A program made the translations under genes and the position numbers. DNA of 64,000 bases from a virus (Duplodnaviria; Caudoviricetes): IMG/VR virus record IMGVR_UViG_3300028591_000004, positions 64,001 to 128,000 of that record; one strand, written 5' to 3'. The notes beneath the pieces were generated by a model. The model ran no database searches. It was not told where the DNA came from and worked only from the letters and a program-made list of their open reading frames with translations. Every line of letters begins with the position of its first letter. Position 1 is the stretch's first letter. Below, in pieces: positions 52,276 to 62,733 of the stretch.

Positions 52276-52996
52276 ACGAATTAATTTTTGAAAACTCCCC
52301 GCTAATCCAGCCGATCTGCTTAGGGAGCTTTACAGCGTGCCATCCATTTTCGGCTGTAGCGACCCACTGGAAAGAAGTGCCTTTGTTTACGAGAGAAATT
52401 CGAGCAAATTCCTTTCCGTTTCCTGAACGGACATTTACTCTATCGTGGGTAACAATGACATTTTTAGACGATTTTTCGCCCTTGACAAAGGGAGTTTGAG
52501 AGAAATGCTTCGAAAAGATTTGTTCTCCGTACGCGGCTCTGTTCTGCTTGGCTTTTTCGCTCTGATCTGTAGGCTTTTCGTATCTCTCTACAACAATGTC
52601 AGAAGCTTCTTTAACAGACTTTGCAGACTTTAAAGTATTAATACAAGTCTTATAGGTTTGGATTTCTTTCCAAATATAATCCAGCTGGGTTTGTAGATCT
52701 CCAATAGACTTATTCTGGCTCTTAGCATAGTTGTAAAGCCCTTCTTTACGGCTCCAGTAAGTCCATTGAACTAATCCATACCCGGCCGAATCATGAACAA
52801 AATCTGTATAAATACCTTTGTCTACGGCGTTAGTGTATTCAGAGCTGCTTATACCTAATTTCCTGGAATAAGTATTCTGGAGTTTAGAAGAATCAAAACG
52901 ACTTTCTACATACAAGTTTCCCATCAACCCGGCAACACCGTAAGGGTTGCCTATTTTTTCGTACAGGAAATCCCAGATGATTTTCTCGTTATCCAA
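52274..52996 (-). CDS. Phage-lysozyme-2 type muramidase with SH3b domain
   Basis: GVAGLMGNLYVES, GYGLVQWT, YEKP; C-terminal VNVRSG..GWIS. Confidence 0.85.
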   Translation of the reverse strand: MDNEKIIWDFLYEKIGNPYGVAGLMGNLYVESRFDSSKLQNTYSRKLGISSSEYTNAVDKGIYTDFVHDSAGYGLVQWTYWSRKEGLYNYAKSQNKSIGDLQTQLDYIWKEIQTYKTCINTLKSAKSVKEASDIVVERYEKPTDQSEKAKQNRAAYGEQIFSKHFSQTPFVKGEKSSKNVIVTHDRVNVRSGNGKEFARISLVNKGTSFQWVATAENGWHAVKLPKQIGWISGEFSKINS

Positions 52997-52998
52997 GA

Positions 52999-53271
52999 TT
53001 AACCCTCCACTACGGGTTCTTCAGGTTCTGTTTCAGGTTCAGGCAAAGCGTGTTTGTAGCACTGATTCATAATAGCCCGCCCGTCAGCGGTGAGTAGGGT
53101 AGCAGAATGAGACTGAAGCTCACTGACAGCCGCCGCCGCGAGAACTTCGTGATATTTGGATTCGGCTTTCAGTCTGGCTTTGGCCGCATCGGCATCAAAA
53201 GCGAAATGCACCTGATGACCGTACTCGCCATTAGCATACTGCTGAATTTCAATGATATAGTATTGATTCAT
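52999..53271 (-). CDS. Hypothetical protein (tail-associated region)
   Basis: RBS GGAGG; YYIIEIQ..AESKYH. Confidence 0.6.
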   Translation of the reverse strand: MNQYYIIEIQQYANGEYGHQVHFAFDADAAKARLKAESKYHEVLAAAAVSELQSHSATLLTADGRAIMNQCYKHALPEPETEPEEPVVEG

Positions 53272-53283
53272 AGTAATTCCTCC

Positions 53284-55830
53284 TTAGTGTTTCCAGTATT
53301 TGATAGTTATGGGGCCATTGGAAGTTGACCAAATATTGTTAGTGCCACGAAGGGTTTTGAGGGTTTGAGGGTCGATTGGATAATGAATTGGTTCTTTAAG
53401 ATGCCCTATAATCTGAATTGTTGTAGATGCCTCTGTTCCGATTGGAAGCCATACATATATGCGTCTAGAATTACTAACATAAAAATGTGGTGAGTCGTTT
53501 TCGGTCCAACTATAAGAATATGGAACGATATTCGATAATTTAGAAACATATGAATATTCAGATGACTCATAAATATCTTTATCTAGATCCATACTCTTAT
53601 AATCAGTGTTTGATAAGGTTCCATGCAAAGTAAGTTCACCCCAAGTTTTTTCGAACAGAGCGTACTCTTCAACGATTTCGCCTTTAACTAAATCCACATA
53701 TCCGCCATAAATGGCTCCTGCTTCAGATGGAAAAGTGATTGGAATGGTTGTGCCGTTATATGATTCATATTCTGTCATAGATGATCCAATTTCGAATTGC
53801 ATATTGCTTACATGCCAGATATTGTCGGCATTATTGTACCATCCGAATACATAATATATAACATCATCTACTGGCGTTATCATCCCATTATGTAAACTCG
53901 AACTTAATGTTGAATTATATGTGTACCACGGACGAAGCATGGTCCCGTTTTCATTAAAAAAATTCAAACTAAAACCCGCACCGTTAGTGGATATATTTCC
54001 TTCAGAATATGTCATACAACTAACATTAATTGAAATATTTGATGGAATATGCAACGTTGTTCTTTTTATATTATACCCATATGAATAATTACCAAGGGCT
54101 CCAATATTCCGGGCAGTCCCAACAAACGTATCACCATCTACGGTCACGCCTGTTCTGGAAGCCATCTCTGATATATCAAACAGATTCTTCCCACATTTTG
54201 TTACTTCAATATTATTCCATCCACCAATCGGCCTTATGTTCTCCGGACTCGGATCCCCTTCGCCCTCCTGCACAGGTTCGAAATATACTTTGCATTCCTT
54301 TAGCGGTGCAGCAACGTCGGTATTAAATGTTACTAAATCACTACTTAGAGTCTCAAGATTAGGACTCGCCGCCATAATTCGTTTTCTTGCGGCACGAATT
54401 GGGGCAGCATCATGGACAGCGTAGGAGACTTCAGTGACATCATTGGTATTAGACCAGAAGGCATTATTATTGAGGAATGTTTTAAGTTGATTTGCAATTA
54501 ATGGATAAGTTGATTTATTTACAATCGGATAACTTATATATGTGTCACCCATAGCCGCAATAAACTCCTCAACGCTATTAAATCTCTCGTCTCGGATATA
54601 TATATAAGTATTTTTCCATGTCGCGATTTGAAGGTTTTGGTATCCGTTCATTGTGGAAGTAGTGTAAGCTTCAGCTATTGCACAATTACTCCATTGTATA
54701 TCAGCCGAGGAACCCATTAAATCTGTTTGAGGGAAAGCATATTGAAAACGTCGTTGAGAAGTATTGTAGGTCCAATCTATGTCTTTAATCTTTTTTGCCG
54801 TCCATCCAGAAATAACTTCGCCCTTTACCAAATCCACATATCCACCATAAAAAGTATTATCTGGATTATATTGCTCATATGCAGTTGCTTCGGAACCACG
54901 TTCAAGTTGAATATTGGTTATTTCTGAAGGATCAAAAGCAGAATCATCAGTTTTTTTCCATTTGAAACGAACATATTTGGCATTTTCGACCACAAATGTT
55001 GTTGGGGATTCTTGCCATGAGACTAAACTTTCATTCGCAATAAAACCGTTATCATCATATGCATATATAGAAACAGGATGATTTTCAGAGGAGGATAGCG
55101 TATACTGACCATGAGCAATTGAAATGAGCGAAGTCGATATTCTGCTTTTTACATTGCTGCTTATTTGTCCATTAGAGGCAATATTGGCGTTCGATATTTC
55201 TCCATTAAATTTATTCTTCCCAGTCACCGGAAATGTCACAGGAAACGTTGTCGAAGAAGCAATTGCGCCATTTGTGATAGCGATAAAACAACTTCCCATC
55301 ATAGGAACATTATTACTGGCTCTTTTAAGACCTACTCTAACCTTTGCAACGCTTTCGTACTGGCGTAAATCGAGACCTTTCTCTAAAATATTATCCGCTA
55401 AAGATACTTTTATTTCGATGCCGTCTTTATCATACAAATAAGGTCTGGCAAACGTAACATTTTGCATATTTCCAAGAATTTTCTGATACAAAATTTCCGA
55501 ACCCAGTACTTCAACTTCTATAGGACGGAATTGCGACCATGAAGTAGGTGTTCCGTTTGCAGTAATCACTCCGTTTGTATCGCAAGCGAAATCAACTCCG
55601 AGACTTGTTTCAGAAGTCTGAATGACCTTGAATGGCATCACTTCTGGCACTCTATACGCCTCAACCTCATTCCATCCTTTAATCGGCCTTACATTCTCCG
55701 GGCTTGGATCTCCTTCGCCATCCTGTATGGGTTTGAAATACACTTTGAGCGAATCAATAGGCACTCTTGCGGCACTTTTGAAACTGACTAAATTATCAGT
55801 ACCGCCGACAGTATGACTTAAGTTGCCCAT
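53284..55830 (-). CDS. Tail/receptor-binding protein with two tandem modules
   Basis: Duplicated FxPxQxGEGDPSPENxRPIxGW and YGGYVDLVKGE motifs flanking variable interiors. Confidence 0.7.
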   Translation of the reverse strand: MGNLSHTVGGTDNLVSFKSAARVPIDSLKVYFKPIQDGEGDPSPENVRPIKGWNEVEAYRVPEVMPFKVIQTSETSLGVDFACDTNGVITANGTPTSWSQFRPIEVEVLGSEILYQKILGNMQNVTFARPYLYDKDGIEIKVSLADNILEKGLDLRQYESVAKVRVGLKRASNNVPMMGSCFIAITNGAIASSTTFPVTFPVTGKNKFNGEISNANIASNGQISSNVKSRISTSLISIAHGQYTLSSSENHPVSIYAYDDNGFIANESLVSWQESPTTFVVENAKYVRFKWKKTDDSAFDPSEITNIQLERGSEATAYEQYNPDNTFYGGYVDLVKGEVISGWTAKKIKDIDWTYNTSQRRFQYAFPQTDLMGSSADIQWSNCAIAEAYTTSTMNGYQNLQIATWKNTYIYIRDERFNSVEEFIAAMGDTYISYPIVNKSTYPLIANQLKTFLNNNAFWSNTNDVTEVSYAVHDAAPIRAARKRIMAASPNLETLSSDLVTFNTDVAAPLKECKVYFEPVQEGEGDPSPENIRPIGGWNNIEVTKCGKNLFDISEMASRTGVTVDGDTFVGTARNIGALGNYSYGYNIKRTTLHIPSNISINVSCMTYSEGNISTNGAGFSLNFFNENGTMLRPWYTYNSTLSSSLHNGMITPVDDVIYYVFGWYNNADNIWHVSNMQFEIGSSMTEYESYNGTTIPITFPSEAGAIYGGYVDLVKGEIVEEYALFEKTWGELTLHGTLSNTDYKSMDLDKDIYESSEYSYVSKLSNIVPYSYSWTENDSPHFYVSNSRRIYVWLPIGTEASTTIQIIGHLKEPIHYPIDPQTLKTLRGTNNIWSTSNGPITIKYWKH

Positions 55831-58319
55831 GTCATCACGCTCCCATATACTCCATCAGTAATAAGAATTTCATATACAGTATTAGTATCGAGAGTTGAAG
55901 CGTCGAACCACTCTGGCATTTTAACGGTCGAAGGTAAAGTCAGTACGGCTACAGTACTTCCGCTTGTAAAGACAACGTCAATTGATCCAGCTGCAGGAGG
56001 AGTAATGGATATAGATGTCACTTCTCCGCACATGTACCGTGTATTAGGTTGGCCAGTAATGGTTACAGCCGCGCCATCTACTGTCTCAACAAGCGGAATC
56101 TCGACCTGGGAAGCAATTGAAGATAAGTCAATGCCAAGCATAGTCTGAATTGCTTGTTTAGCTTCATCGGTGTATATACCGACTGCATTATCTGATTGCG
56201 CTTGTGTTGTATCACCCGCGACTTTAGCTAGGGCATAGAATGTAGAAGTATGCTGATTAATTGGAGTAACAGGTCTATTGTTATTTAATCCCCTTCTTAG
56301 CTCAGTATCGCTCGCTGTAACTGTGTGGAGAAGACCATTATTAATTCCTATTCCTGTATATGAAAGATCTCCATTAACTTTAATGACGCCTAAAACTGAT
56401 GAAGAAGCCTTTGGTACATTCGCCACTCCATTTTGATCTACTACACTTGTTCCGTCAATCTGCACATCCTTTGGCAACATCGTCCCACCAGAGCTATCGT
56501 CTCCGCATCCGACATACACATTTCCCGCAAACTTTCCATCGCCGCTCCAAGTCAGTGCATAGGCATTTGACCGCGCATTCTCTGTGCCATTACCAACAAC
56601 ATCAGCAAAGTTAGTATCAGGAGCATTCCATTTGCCTTGCGCATGTTGGGCATTCGCGACAGCTATTGTTCCTACGCCTTCTGCATGAGCCGCATACGAA
56701 TCATTTAACGTGCCGCCAAGTGTACTGTCAGCGATTGTATCGTATCCTTCAGAGTGATCAGCAGTGCCTACAGCGCCGTAATTTAGATTGTACTGCTGGT
56801 CATTAATCTCGTATGCATTCGTGGATAACCGATAATTATTATGACCTTCAGCATGAGAATGCGGCCCAATCGCAACAGTCTGAGAACCTTCTGCATGGGA
56901 TAATTCACCGCTCGCAACTGTTCCATAACCTTCTACGTGCGAAGAGTTACCGGAAGCTTCGGTGTAGTTGCCCTCTGCATGAGAGGCAAAACCGTATGCT
57001 TTGGCATAGTTTCCTTCGGCGTGAGCAAGCTCACCTGAGGCAGTTGTGCCACGCCCTTCAGCATGAGATACGAGGCCGGATGCCTGAACATTGTCGCCGA
57101 ACGCGAAGCTGCTTGCGCCAACGGTTGTATTTTCTTTGCGACCACGGCTCAATGTCGTATCAAGCTGAGTGTCAGTTTTAGAAGGAACGTTGAGCATAGA
57201 CTGGATCGCGGCCTTGGCTTCTGGCGTATAAGTTCCAACTGGTTCAACAGAATTTTTCTCATCATGTCCGGCAGCTTTAGCAAGACCATAGAAAACTGAT
57301 TTTGCTTGATGAACAGGTACTATTGGTAAAAAAGCTGCGGTACCCTGTTTAATAGCAGTAGCACCAGCCGGATTTATGGCAAGATCATTATCGGCATCCA
57401 CATAAACGCCTTTTCCCGATGGAGCTTTTACAACACCAGGATCTGAAGCGCTTGCTATTGGTATATTTGCTGTACCGTCATTGAGCACACTTACTCCATT
57501 AACCTGTACATCCTGTACCGGGACAGTTGGAATAGTCGGCTTGTTGCTCAAATCTGCATAGTCGCCGCTCGTGGCGACGGCTGCCAGGTCTGCGCTATTA
57601 GCCTTGCCGCTAATGTCCTGATGCTGAGTCAAATATCCGGCATCGTTAGTTAGATCGCTAACCTTCGTAGGTAAAGCTGAACTTGTAATAAACCCGGCGT
57701 CGTTTGTTAACTCAGCTGTTGTACTCGGAATATGAGTATTACTTGCTAAAGCACCGACTTCAGAAGCGGTATAGGTTGGCTTCTGAGCTGCTTTGGCCCA
57801 AGCTGGAACTGTAGGATCAGTCTCAGACGTTAAATATCCCGAATCATTTGTTAATTCCGAAACCTTTGTTGGAATATCGGTCTTGTCTGCTTTGTTGCTG
57901 ATATCCTGATGCTGAGTTAAATATCCTGAATCGTTCTCAAACTGAGAGACTTTTGTCGGAACGGTCGGGATTGCATTTTCAAGATCAGAAAACTCGCTTA
58001 CTAATTTATCAGCAGACCATGTTTTATCTGTATCTCCAGAGCCGGACGTATCGTCTATAGCAGTTATACCTGGAATTCCTTGAGGGCCTTGAGGGCCGAT
58101 ATCACCGGTATCTCCTTTAGGACCTTGAGGTCCGTCAAATTCACCGGATTCTTTTGCTTCCTGTAAGACAGAATTTATATTTGAAATCTGAGTTTGTCCG
58201 GCAGACTGGATTGCTTCGATCTGTTGTGTTGTATATTCCTGGGAAATACCGTCAAGACCTTTGTAGTCTCCATTAGGTTCACGATATTTCATGATACCTT
58301 TTTTTATTGTGATCGGCAA
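55818..58319 (-). CDS. Tail fibre with collagen, TNDxGY repeats and YadA-head-like SHAEG repeats
   Basis: GPQGPKGD; KVSELTNDSGYLT repeats; multiple ASGxxSHAEG. Confidence 0.8.
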   Translation of the reverse strand: MPITIKKGIMKYREPNGDYKGLDGISQEYTTQQIEAIQSAGQTQISNINSVLQEAKESGEFDGPQGPKGDTGDIGPQGPQGIPGITAIDDTSGSGDTDKTWSADKLVSEFSDLENAIPTVPTKVSQFENDSGYLTQHQDISNKADKTDIPTKVSELTNDSGYLTSETDPTVPAWAKAAQKPTYTASEVGALASNTHIPSTTAELTNDAGFITSSALPTKVSDLTNDAGYLTQHQDISGKANSADLAAVATSGDYADLSNKPTIPTVPVQDVQVNGVSVLNDGTANIPIASASDPGVVKAPSGKGVYVDADNDLAINPAGATAIKQGTAAFLPIVPVHQAKSVFYGLAKAAGHDEKNSVEPVGTYTPEAKAAIQSMLNVPSKTDTQLDTTLSRGRKENTTVGASSFAFGDNVQASGLVSHAEGRGTTASGELAHAEGNYAKAYGFASHAEGNYTEASGNSSHVEGYGTVASGELSHAEGSQTVAIGPHSHAEGHNNYRLSTNAYEINDQQYNLNYGAVGTADHSEGYDTIADSTLGGTLNDSYAAHAEGVGTIAVANAQHAQGKWNAPDTNFADVVGNGTENARSNAYALTWSGDGKFAGNVYVGCGDDSSGGTMLPKDVQIDGTSVVDQNGVANVPKASSSVLGVIKVNGDLSYTGIGINNGLLHTVTASDTELRRGLNNNRPVTPINQHTSTFYALAKVAGDTTQAQSDNAVGIYTDEAKQAIQTMLGIDLSSIASQVEIPLVETVDGAAVTITGQPNTRYMCGEVTSISITPPAAGSIDVVFTSGSTVAVLTLPSTVKMPEWFDASTLDTNTVYEILITDGVYGSVMTWAT

Positions 58320-58354
58320 TCAAATCCCTCCTTTCTTAAAATGTAGGTAATATC

Positions 58355-58894
58355 TTACTCGGCTGTTGTGTTCATATTGTTAACGATAGTTTGAACCGTA
58401 TTTACAAACGTACTGTTACTAGAAGTAAGCTGCCCATTATTGAGAGCATCAGTAATACATTGATCAGCTGCATTATAAGCTATATCATAAACTAAATCAT
58501 GAAAAGAAGCCATAAGAGCAGTTAAAGTTTGATCACTTGTATCGAATCCTATTCCCCAATTCTCAAAAGTTTCCACATTTTTATAAGATTGTGCCATAGC
58601 TATAATAATGTTTGCAAATAAATCTAAAAATGGAACAGAATATGTTCCGAATATACCTGATTCAAAAGAAGGAGTACTGGAGGGACCAGATGCTTTTAGC
58701 GTGTTGCTTCCATCGCCTTCTAATGATCTTGTACCTGTGTTTAGTTTGTCATTCGAAGATATTTCAGATTGTTGGACAGCTATACGATGAGGAGTTGTGC
58801 TTACAATAACATGAGTATCAGTTATATCTGGAAAAGACGCGCCATCTTGGGATTCAATTATAGAACCTAACTTCGGTAATTCAGAAATCTTCAT
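58355..58894 (-). CDS. Hypothetical virion-associated protein
   Basis: MKISELP N-terminus; within the tail module. Confidence 0.55.
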   Translation of the reverse strand: MKISELPKLGSIIESQDGASFPDITDTHVIVSTTPHRIAVQQSEISSNDKLNTGTRSLEGDGSNTLKASGPSSTPSFESGIFGTYSVPFLDLFANIIIAMAQSYKNVETFENWGIGFDTSDQTLTALMASFHDLVYDIAYNAADQCITDALNNGQLTSSNSTFVNTVQTIVNNMNTTAE

Positions 58895-58899
58895 AATAA

Positions 58900-60249
58900 T
58901 TACGCTCCTTCTTGTGTTGTTATTAAATTGAGCAATGCTTGTAATTGAGCTTCGGTTATTGTTGTTGAACCGATAGTAATAGAATTAGAATTAATTAACG
59001 TTTCAACTTGTCTTTTTAACTCAAGAAACTCTTCATAAGTAGGAATGACAACATTGGTTTCACCTTCAGAAGAAATCCACAATCTATTGTCTTCTTCGGT
59101 GGGTTGGTCTTCCTGCACAAGTACGACATTGCCGGGATCACCTTTTTCACCTTTTAGTCCTGCGAGTTGTTCCGGAGTGAAATCTGCATAAGTAAAAGCG
59201 TCTCCTTTGGGTCCTTGGACGCCTTGATCTCCCTTTTCTCCTTTTAAACTGGCCAATTGTTGAGAAGTAAAATCCTGAAACGTAAACGGATCGCCTTTAT
59301 CTCCTTTTATTCCCTGAGGACCTTGTTCTCCTTGAGGACCCTGTTCGCCTTGTATGCCCTGAGGTCCAACCTCACCATGAATACCCTGTATCCCTTGAGG
59401 CCCTCTTAAAGATTCCAACTGTTCTGGAGTAAAGTCCTCGTAAGTAAAAGGATCTCCTTTAGGCCCTTGAACACCCTGTATTCCTTGAGGGCCGATTTCA
59501 CCTTGAATGCCTTGTTCTCCCTGGATGCCTTGTATTCCCTGAGGGCCTATATCACCTTTAGGCCCCTGAATTCCTTGCTCACCTTGCGGCCCTTGGATTC
59601 CCTGTTCACCGATATCGCCCTTTTCCCCCTGATCTCCTTTTAAACCTCGTGGAATTCCAAAGTTGACAATAGGATTTTCAGGAGTACCGGAAATCGTTAC
59701 GCTTGCGCTGAACCCAGCCGGGAGAGTAGTAATATTGCCAACACTCAAAAGGGGAGTGGGACCTATGTCTCCTTGATCTCCTTTGAATTCTCCGGAGTCT
59801 TTTGCTTCCTGAAGAGATTCCCGTATGGTTTCATTAATGCTTTCAGCTATATCTTCGACATGTTCAACAGCCGAATTCAATGCTCCAATCGTTTGATCGA
59901 TGTTGGTTCTTTGAACCCTTGTCGGCCTAAAGTCTGTTGGCTTTGCTCTTTTATTTACATTAACAAGTGCGTTGTATACGGTCTCGGAGTAATCTTCGTG
60001 TGAGACGTACACCCAAATATAAAGAGGTTCTCCGGAAAGGAGAAACTCGTCAGGAATATCAACCCCTGACGAGTCTCCTATCACGGATTTACTTATTCCA
60101 TTTTCTTTGTTGGAAAAATGTACCTGATATACTTCTGGGAGATCGACCCCTTGAAAAGTAATATGCTGACCGCTGTCATACTGGAACAGATTTCCTGTAT
60201 TTACAACCCACTCGTGACCAAGCTGAATTGTTGTGTTGTTACCTCTCAT
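58900..60249 (-). CDS. Collagen-like tail/baseplate protein
   Basis: Long GxQ runs; three GD(P/A)FTxxDFTx(E/Q)QL repeats. Confidence 0.85.
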   Translation of the reverse strand: MRGNNTTIQLGHEWVVNTGNLFQYDSGQHITFQGVDLPEVYQVHFSNKENGISKSVIGDSSGVDIPDEFLLSGEPLYIWVYVSHEDYSETVYNALVNVNKRAKPTDFRPTRVQRTNIDQTIGALNSAVEHVEDIAESINETIRESLQEAKDSGEFKGDQGDIGPTPLLSVGNITTLPAGFSASVTISGTPENPIVNFGIPRGLKGDQGEKGDIGEQGIQGPQGEQGIQGPKGDIGPQGIQGIQGEQGIQGEIGPQGIQGVQGPKGDPFTYEDFTPEQLESLRGPQGIQGIHGEVGPQGIQGEQGPQGEQGPQGIKGDKGDPFTFQDFTSQQLASLKGEKGDQGVQGPKGDAFTYADFTPEQLAGLKGEKGDPGNVVLVQEDQPTEEDNRLWISSEGETNVVIPTYEEFLELKRQVETLINSNSITIGSTTITEAQLQALLNLITTQEGA

Positions 60250-60271
60250 TCTCGATCATCCCTTCTAAAGA

Positions 60272-60598
60272 TTATGAGTTAATATGCTCGCCTTGATCGA
60301 GATTAAGTTCTTTTACAGCTTCTTCAATCAAATAAGAAATACTTTCCTCAACATTGTTTGCGTCGACAATATAACCTTGTTTCGCAAGCTCTTCGAGCAC
60401 CATCTGTTTCTTTTCCTTACCGGGCTTGGATTTATATACCTGTTCGACTCCATATACAACGGTTTTAACTGCAGCCCGGATCATAGCCATTTGATCGGAA
60501 GTGGTTTTAGCTTTCAGGTTCGGGATAACATACTTTACAAGAAGGCCAAAAATAAGCGTGATAACAGCCAGAATAATTTGAGTCAGATCGATTGTCAT
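60272..60598 (-). CDS. Holin (LL-H-like)
   Basis: N-terminal TM helix, AVKTVVYGVEQ..GKEKK..IEEAVKEL; adjacent to the endolysin. Confidence 0.75.
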   Translation of the reverse strand: MTIDLTQIILAVITLIFGLLVKYVIPNLKAKTTSDQMAMIRAAVKTVVYGVEQVYKSKPGKEKKQMVLEELAKQGYIVDANNVEESISYLIEEAVKELNLDQGEHINS

Positions 60599-60611
60599 AT
60601 AAATCATCTCC

Positions 60612-61346
60612 TTAATATTGTCCTTTTCCATCCCCGATAATGTCGAGGAATTTAGCCATCATATAACCGGTTTTACCCTGATATTTGATTGCAGCCCAAG
60701 TTTCACCGGGCTGGAGAATCTCTACAGTTGTTCCTAACGGTATCTTGGCGATTCTTACACTAGCAGTGGAAGGCTTCTTCCGGAAGTTAACTGTGCTGCC
60801 GGATTCAGCAACTACAACAGCGAGTTTATTAGAAGCCGGGATTGTCGGATCAATTGTAGTATCAATATCATTGGAAGCATTGACAAGAAGTCTGAGTTTT
60901 CCGTGATATCCCCATTGACCTACTTTTGTATCGACAGTCATTTTGCTGGACATATGCGTAATCCTCAAAGGGTCTATGCAAGTAACAACTCCGGCATGAT
61001 AATAATCCGTAGTGTCACCGTTATAATATTTTCCGCCATTGCGATATCTCAAAGGAAGTTTCCAACTTATGTTTCCTTTTGAACGACCTTTTAAAACAAC
61101 GTCTCCAAGTTCAAGATCGGATTCGGAATTAACTCTTTCAAGTTTAACAAACTCTTTTCTTGCAGCCCAGTTTGACCCGTGAATGCCTGTCCATTTCAGT
61201 CCCATTCTTCGAACAGCTCCTATAACAAGTCCTATACAGTCACAATATCCGTCAGACCCATCTCCAGGTTCTCTTCTTTTGGGATTTGAATTTTTAATTT
61301 CCTGCACTTTTGCAAGAAAGATTTTAACGGTTTCTGCGTACGTCAT
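60612..61346 (-). CDS. Endolysin (NlpC/P60-like Cys peptidase plus SH3b)
   Basis: CDCIGL, YYHAGVV; C-terminal VNFRKKPS..GYMMAKFL. Confidence 0.75.
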   Translation of the reverse strand: MTYAETVKIFLAKVQEIKNSNPKRREPGDGSDGYCDCIGLVIGAVRRMGLKWTGIHGSNWAARKEFVKLERVNSESDLELGDVVLKGRSKGNISWKLPLRYRNGGKYYNGDTTDYYHAGVVTCIDPLRITHMSSKMTVDTKVGQWGYHGKLRLLVNASNDIDTTIDPTIPASNKLAVVVAESGSTVNFRKKPSTASVRIAKIPLGTTVEILQPGETWAAIKYQGKTGYMMAKFLDIIGDGKGQY

Positions 61347-61669
61347 CCGTTACCACCTTCCTCTTCTTCAGACTCTTCTATATCTTCTAAAGTCTCAAAT
61401 TTAGTATCGGCATGTCTCCAGGAGAACTTTATCTTTGCCAGTTCCTGAGCCGCAAATAAAGCTTTTTCATACTTTGAATTATCTGTATAAGCAAAAACGC
61501 TTACGACCATAACAACTGTCGCGATGAGAGAAAGATAAACAGTTGTCAGGGCTACTTCCGGGCGATAAGCGATAAGACCTAACAAAAGCAACATATAGCC
61601 AAACCAGAACCATTCAGCTCGGCTGGCAAGTTTTTTAGAGAATTGTTTACGCGGATCAATCCTTGTCAT
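61343..61669 (-). CDS. Two-TM membrane protein
   Basis: KQFSKK followed by two hydrophobic helices; acidic tail. Confidence 0.6.
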   Translation of the reverse strand: MTRIDPRKQFSKKLASRAEWFWFGYMLLLLGLIAYRPEVALTTVYLSLIATVVMVVSVFAYTDNSKYEKALFAAQELAKIKFSWRHADTKFETLEDIEESEEEEGGNG

Positions 61670-61682
61670 GGATATCACCGCC

Positions 61683-62270
61683 TTAATACGTGGCAAAACT
61701 ATTGTCTGCCATGCTTTCGTCATAACGCTTGTTTATAAACTTGATTGCATGTTCGTATACGTTGTTTTCGATTTTGTATTTTTCAACAATAGCGTTATAT
61801 TCTTTATCTTCTTCAAGGATATTGTCATAATCTTCTTTTGTGCGTTGATTTCCTTTGCGAAGATCGTCTGAAAAGTTTAAAACATGCGCCCGTACATGGG
61901 ATGCGCTTTGAAGATCTATCTTCTTTTCTACAGCGTCTAAATGCTCTTTCATGTTCTGGCAATTGCTGTTATTAATTACTCGAATCTCTTCAAACGCTGC
62001 ATTGTTGGAAGTTTCCAACTGCTCAATCCTTTGGTCCGTATCCTTTTTTAAAGCTTCAAACTTATTCGCATTGTCGGTCTTGAGTTCCTGAATATCTTTT
62101 CTTACATCCAATAGAAGAACATTTCCTAACTTAGCAAGCATCCAACTGAATAGGCGCACTTCTTTTTTGGGGATTTTAAAAAAGAATGATAATAAAAGTA
62201 AAATTAAAATAACCGTAAGGGGGACATTTTCTGCTAACCATTGTCCCGCTGGTTTAAAAAATTCGCCCAT
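61683..62270 (-). CDS. Membrane-anchored coiled-coil protein (lysis module)
   Basis: N-terminal TM; RAHVLNFSDDL..Y..Y...N. Confidence 0.65.
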   Translation of the reverse strand: MGEFFKPAGQWLAENVPLTVILILLLLSFFFKIPKKEVRLFSWMLAKLGNVLLLDVRKDIQELKTDNANKFEALKKDTDQRIEQLETSNNAAFEEIRVINNSNCQNMKEHLDAVEKKIDLQSASHVRAHVLNFSDDLRKGNQRTKEDYDNILEEDKEYNAIVEKYKIENNVYEHAIKFINKRYDESMADNSFATY

Positions 62271-62366
62271 AATGAGCTCAACCTTTCTCTTGTGTATTAG
62301 CTGTGTTCATCATAAGCGTTAATCATTTGAACAGCTTAAATATATAAATAATCTAAGAATAGAACA

Positions 62367-62723
62367 TTATTTGGTTTCTGTACCTCCTTGGTTTTGCGTG
62401 GAATTAAGTACTTCTGTTACGCAGTCTTTAAATGCCGCTGCTGCATCTTGTAGGTAAGTAATTTCCTCTCCGAAGTGCTCTAAGAGTGGATCATTTGTTA
62501 ATGCTTTGTATAGCATTTCAAAAATTAAAAACAACAGCTCGTTTAGATTTACTTTTATTGTTGTCATTTGCTCATCTGTAGTTTCAGTGTTAAAATCCAT
62601 CATTCTGGTCGCTGCTAAAAAACTCAACTCCAAAGGAAAGACAGGCCCTTGCCAGCCACCGTTTAATCTATCGTTTGTAATTTCGTCAAGATGATTCAAG
62701 TCGGATATTTTCTTTTGTCCCAT
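62367..62723 (-). CDS. Hypothetical protein
   Basis: KKISDL N-terminus; RBS GAGGT. Confidence 0.55.
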   Translation of the reverse strand: MGQKKISDLNHLDEITNDRLNGGWQGPVFPLELSFLAATRMMDFNTETTDEQMTTIKVNLNELLFLIFEMLYKALTNDPLLEHFGEEITYLQDAAAAFKDCVTEVLNSTQNQGGTETK

Positions 62724-62733
62724 ATTGAATACC

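Noticed and set aside
59130-59650. Nucleotide tandem repeats
   Set aside because: Explained by collagen Gly-X-Y coding.
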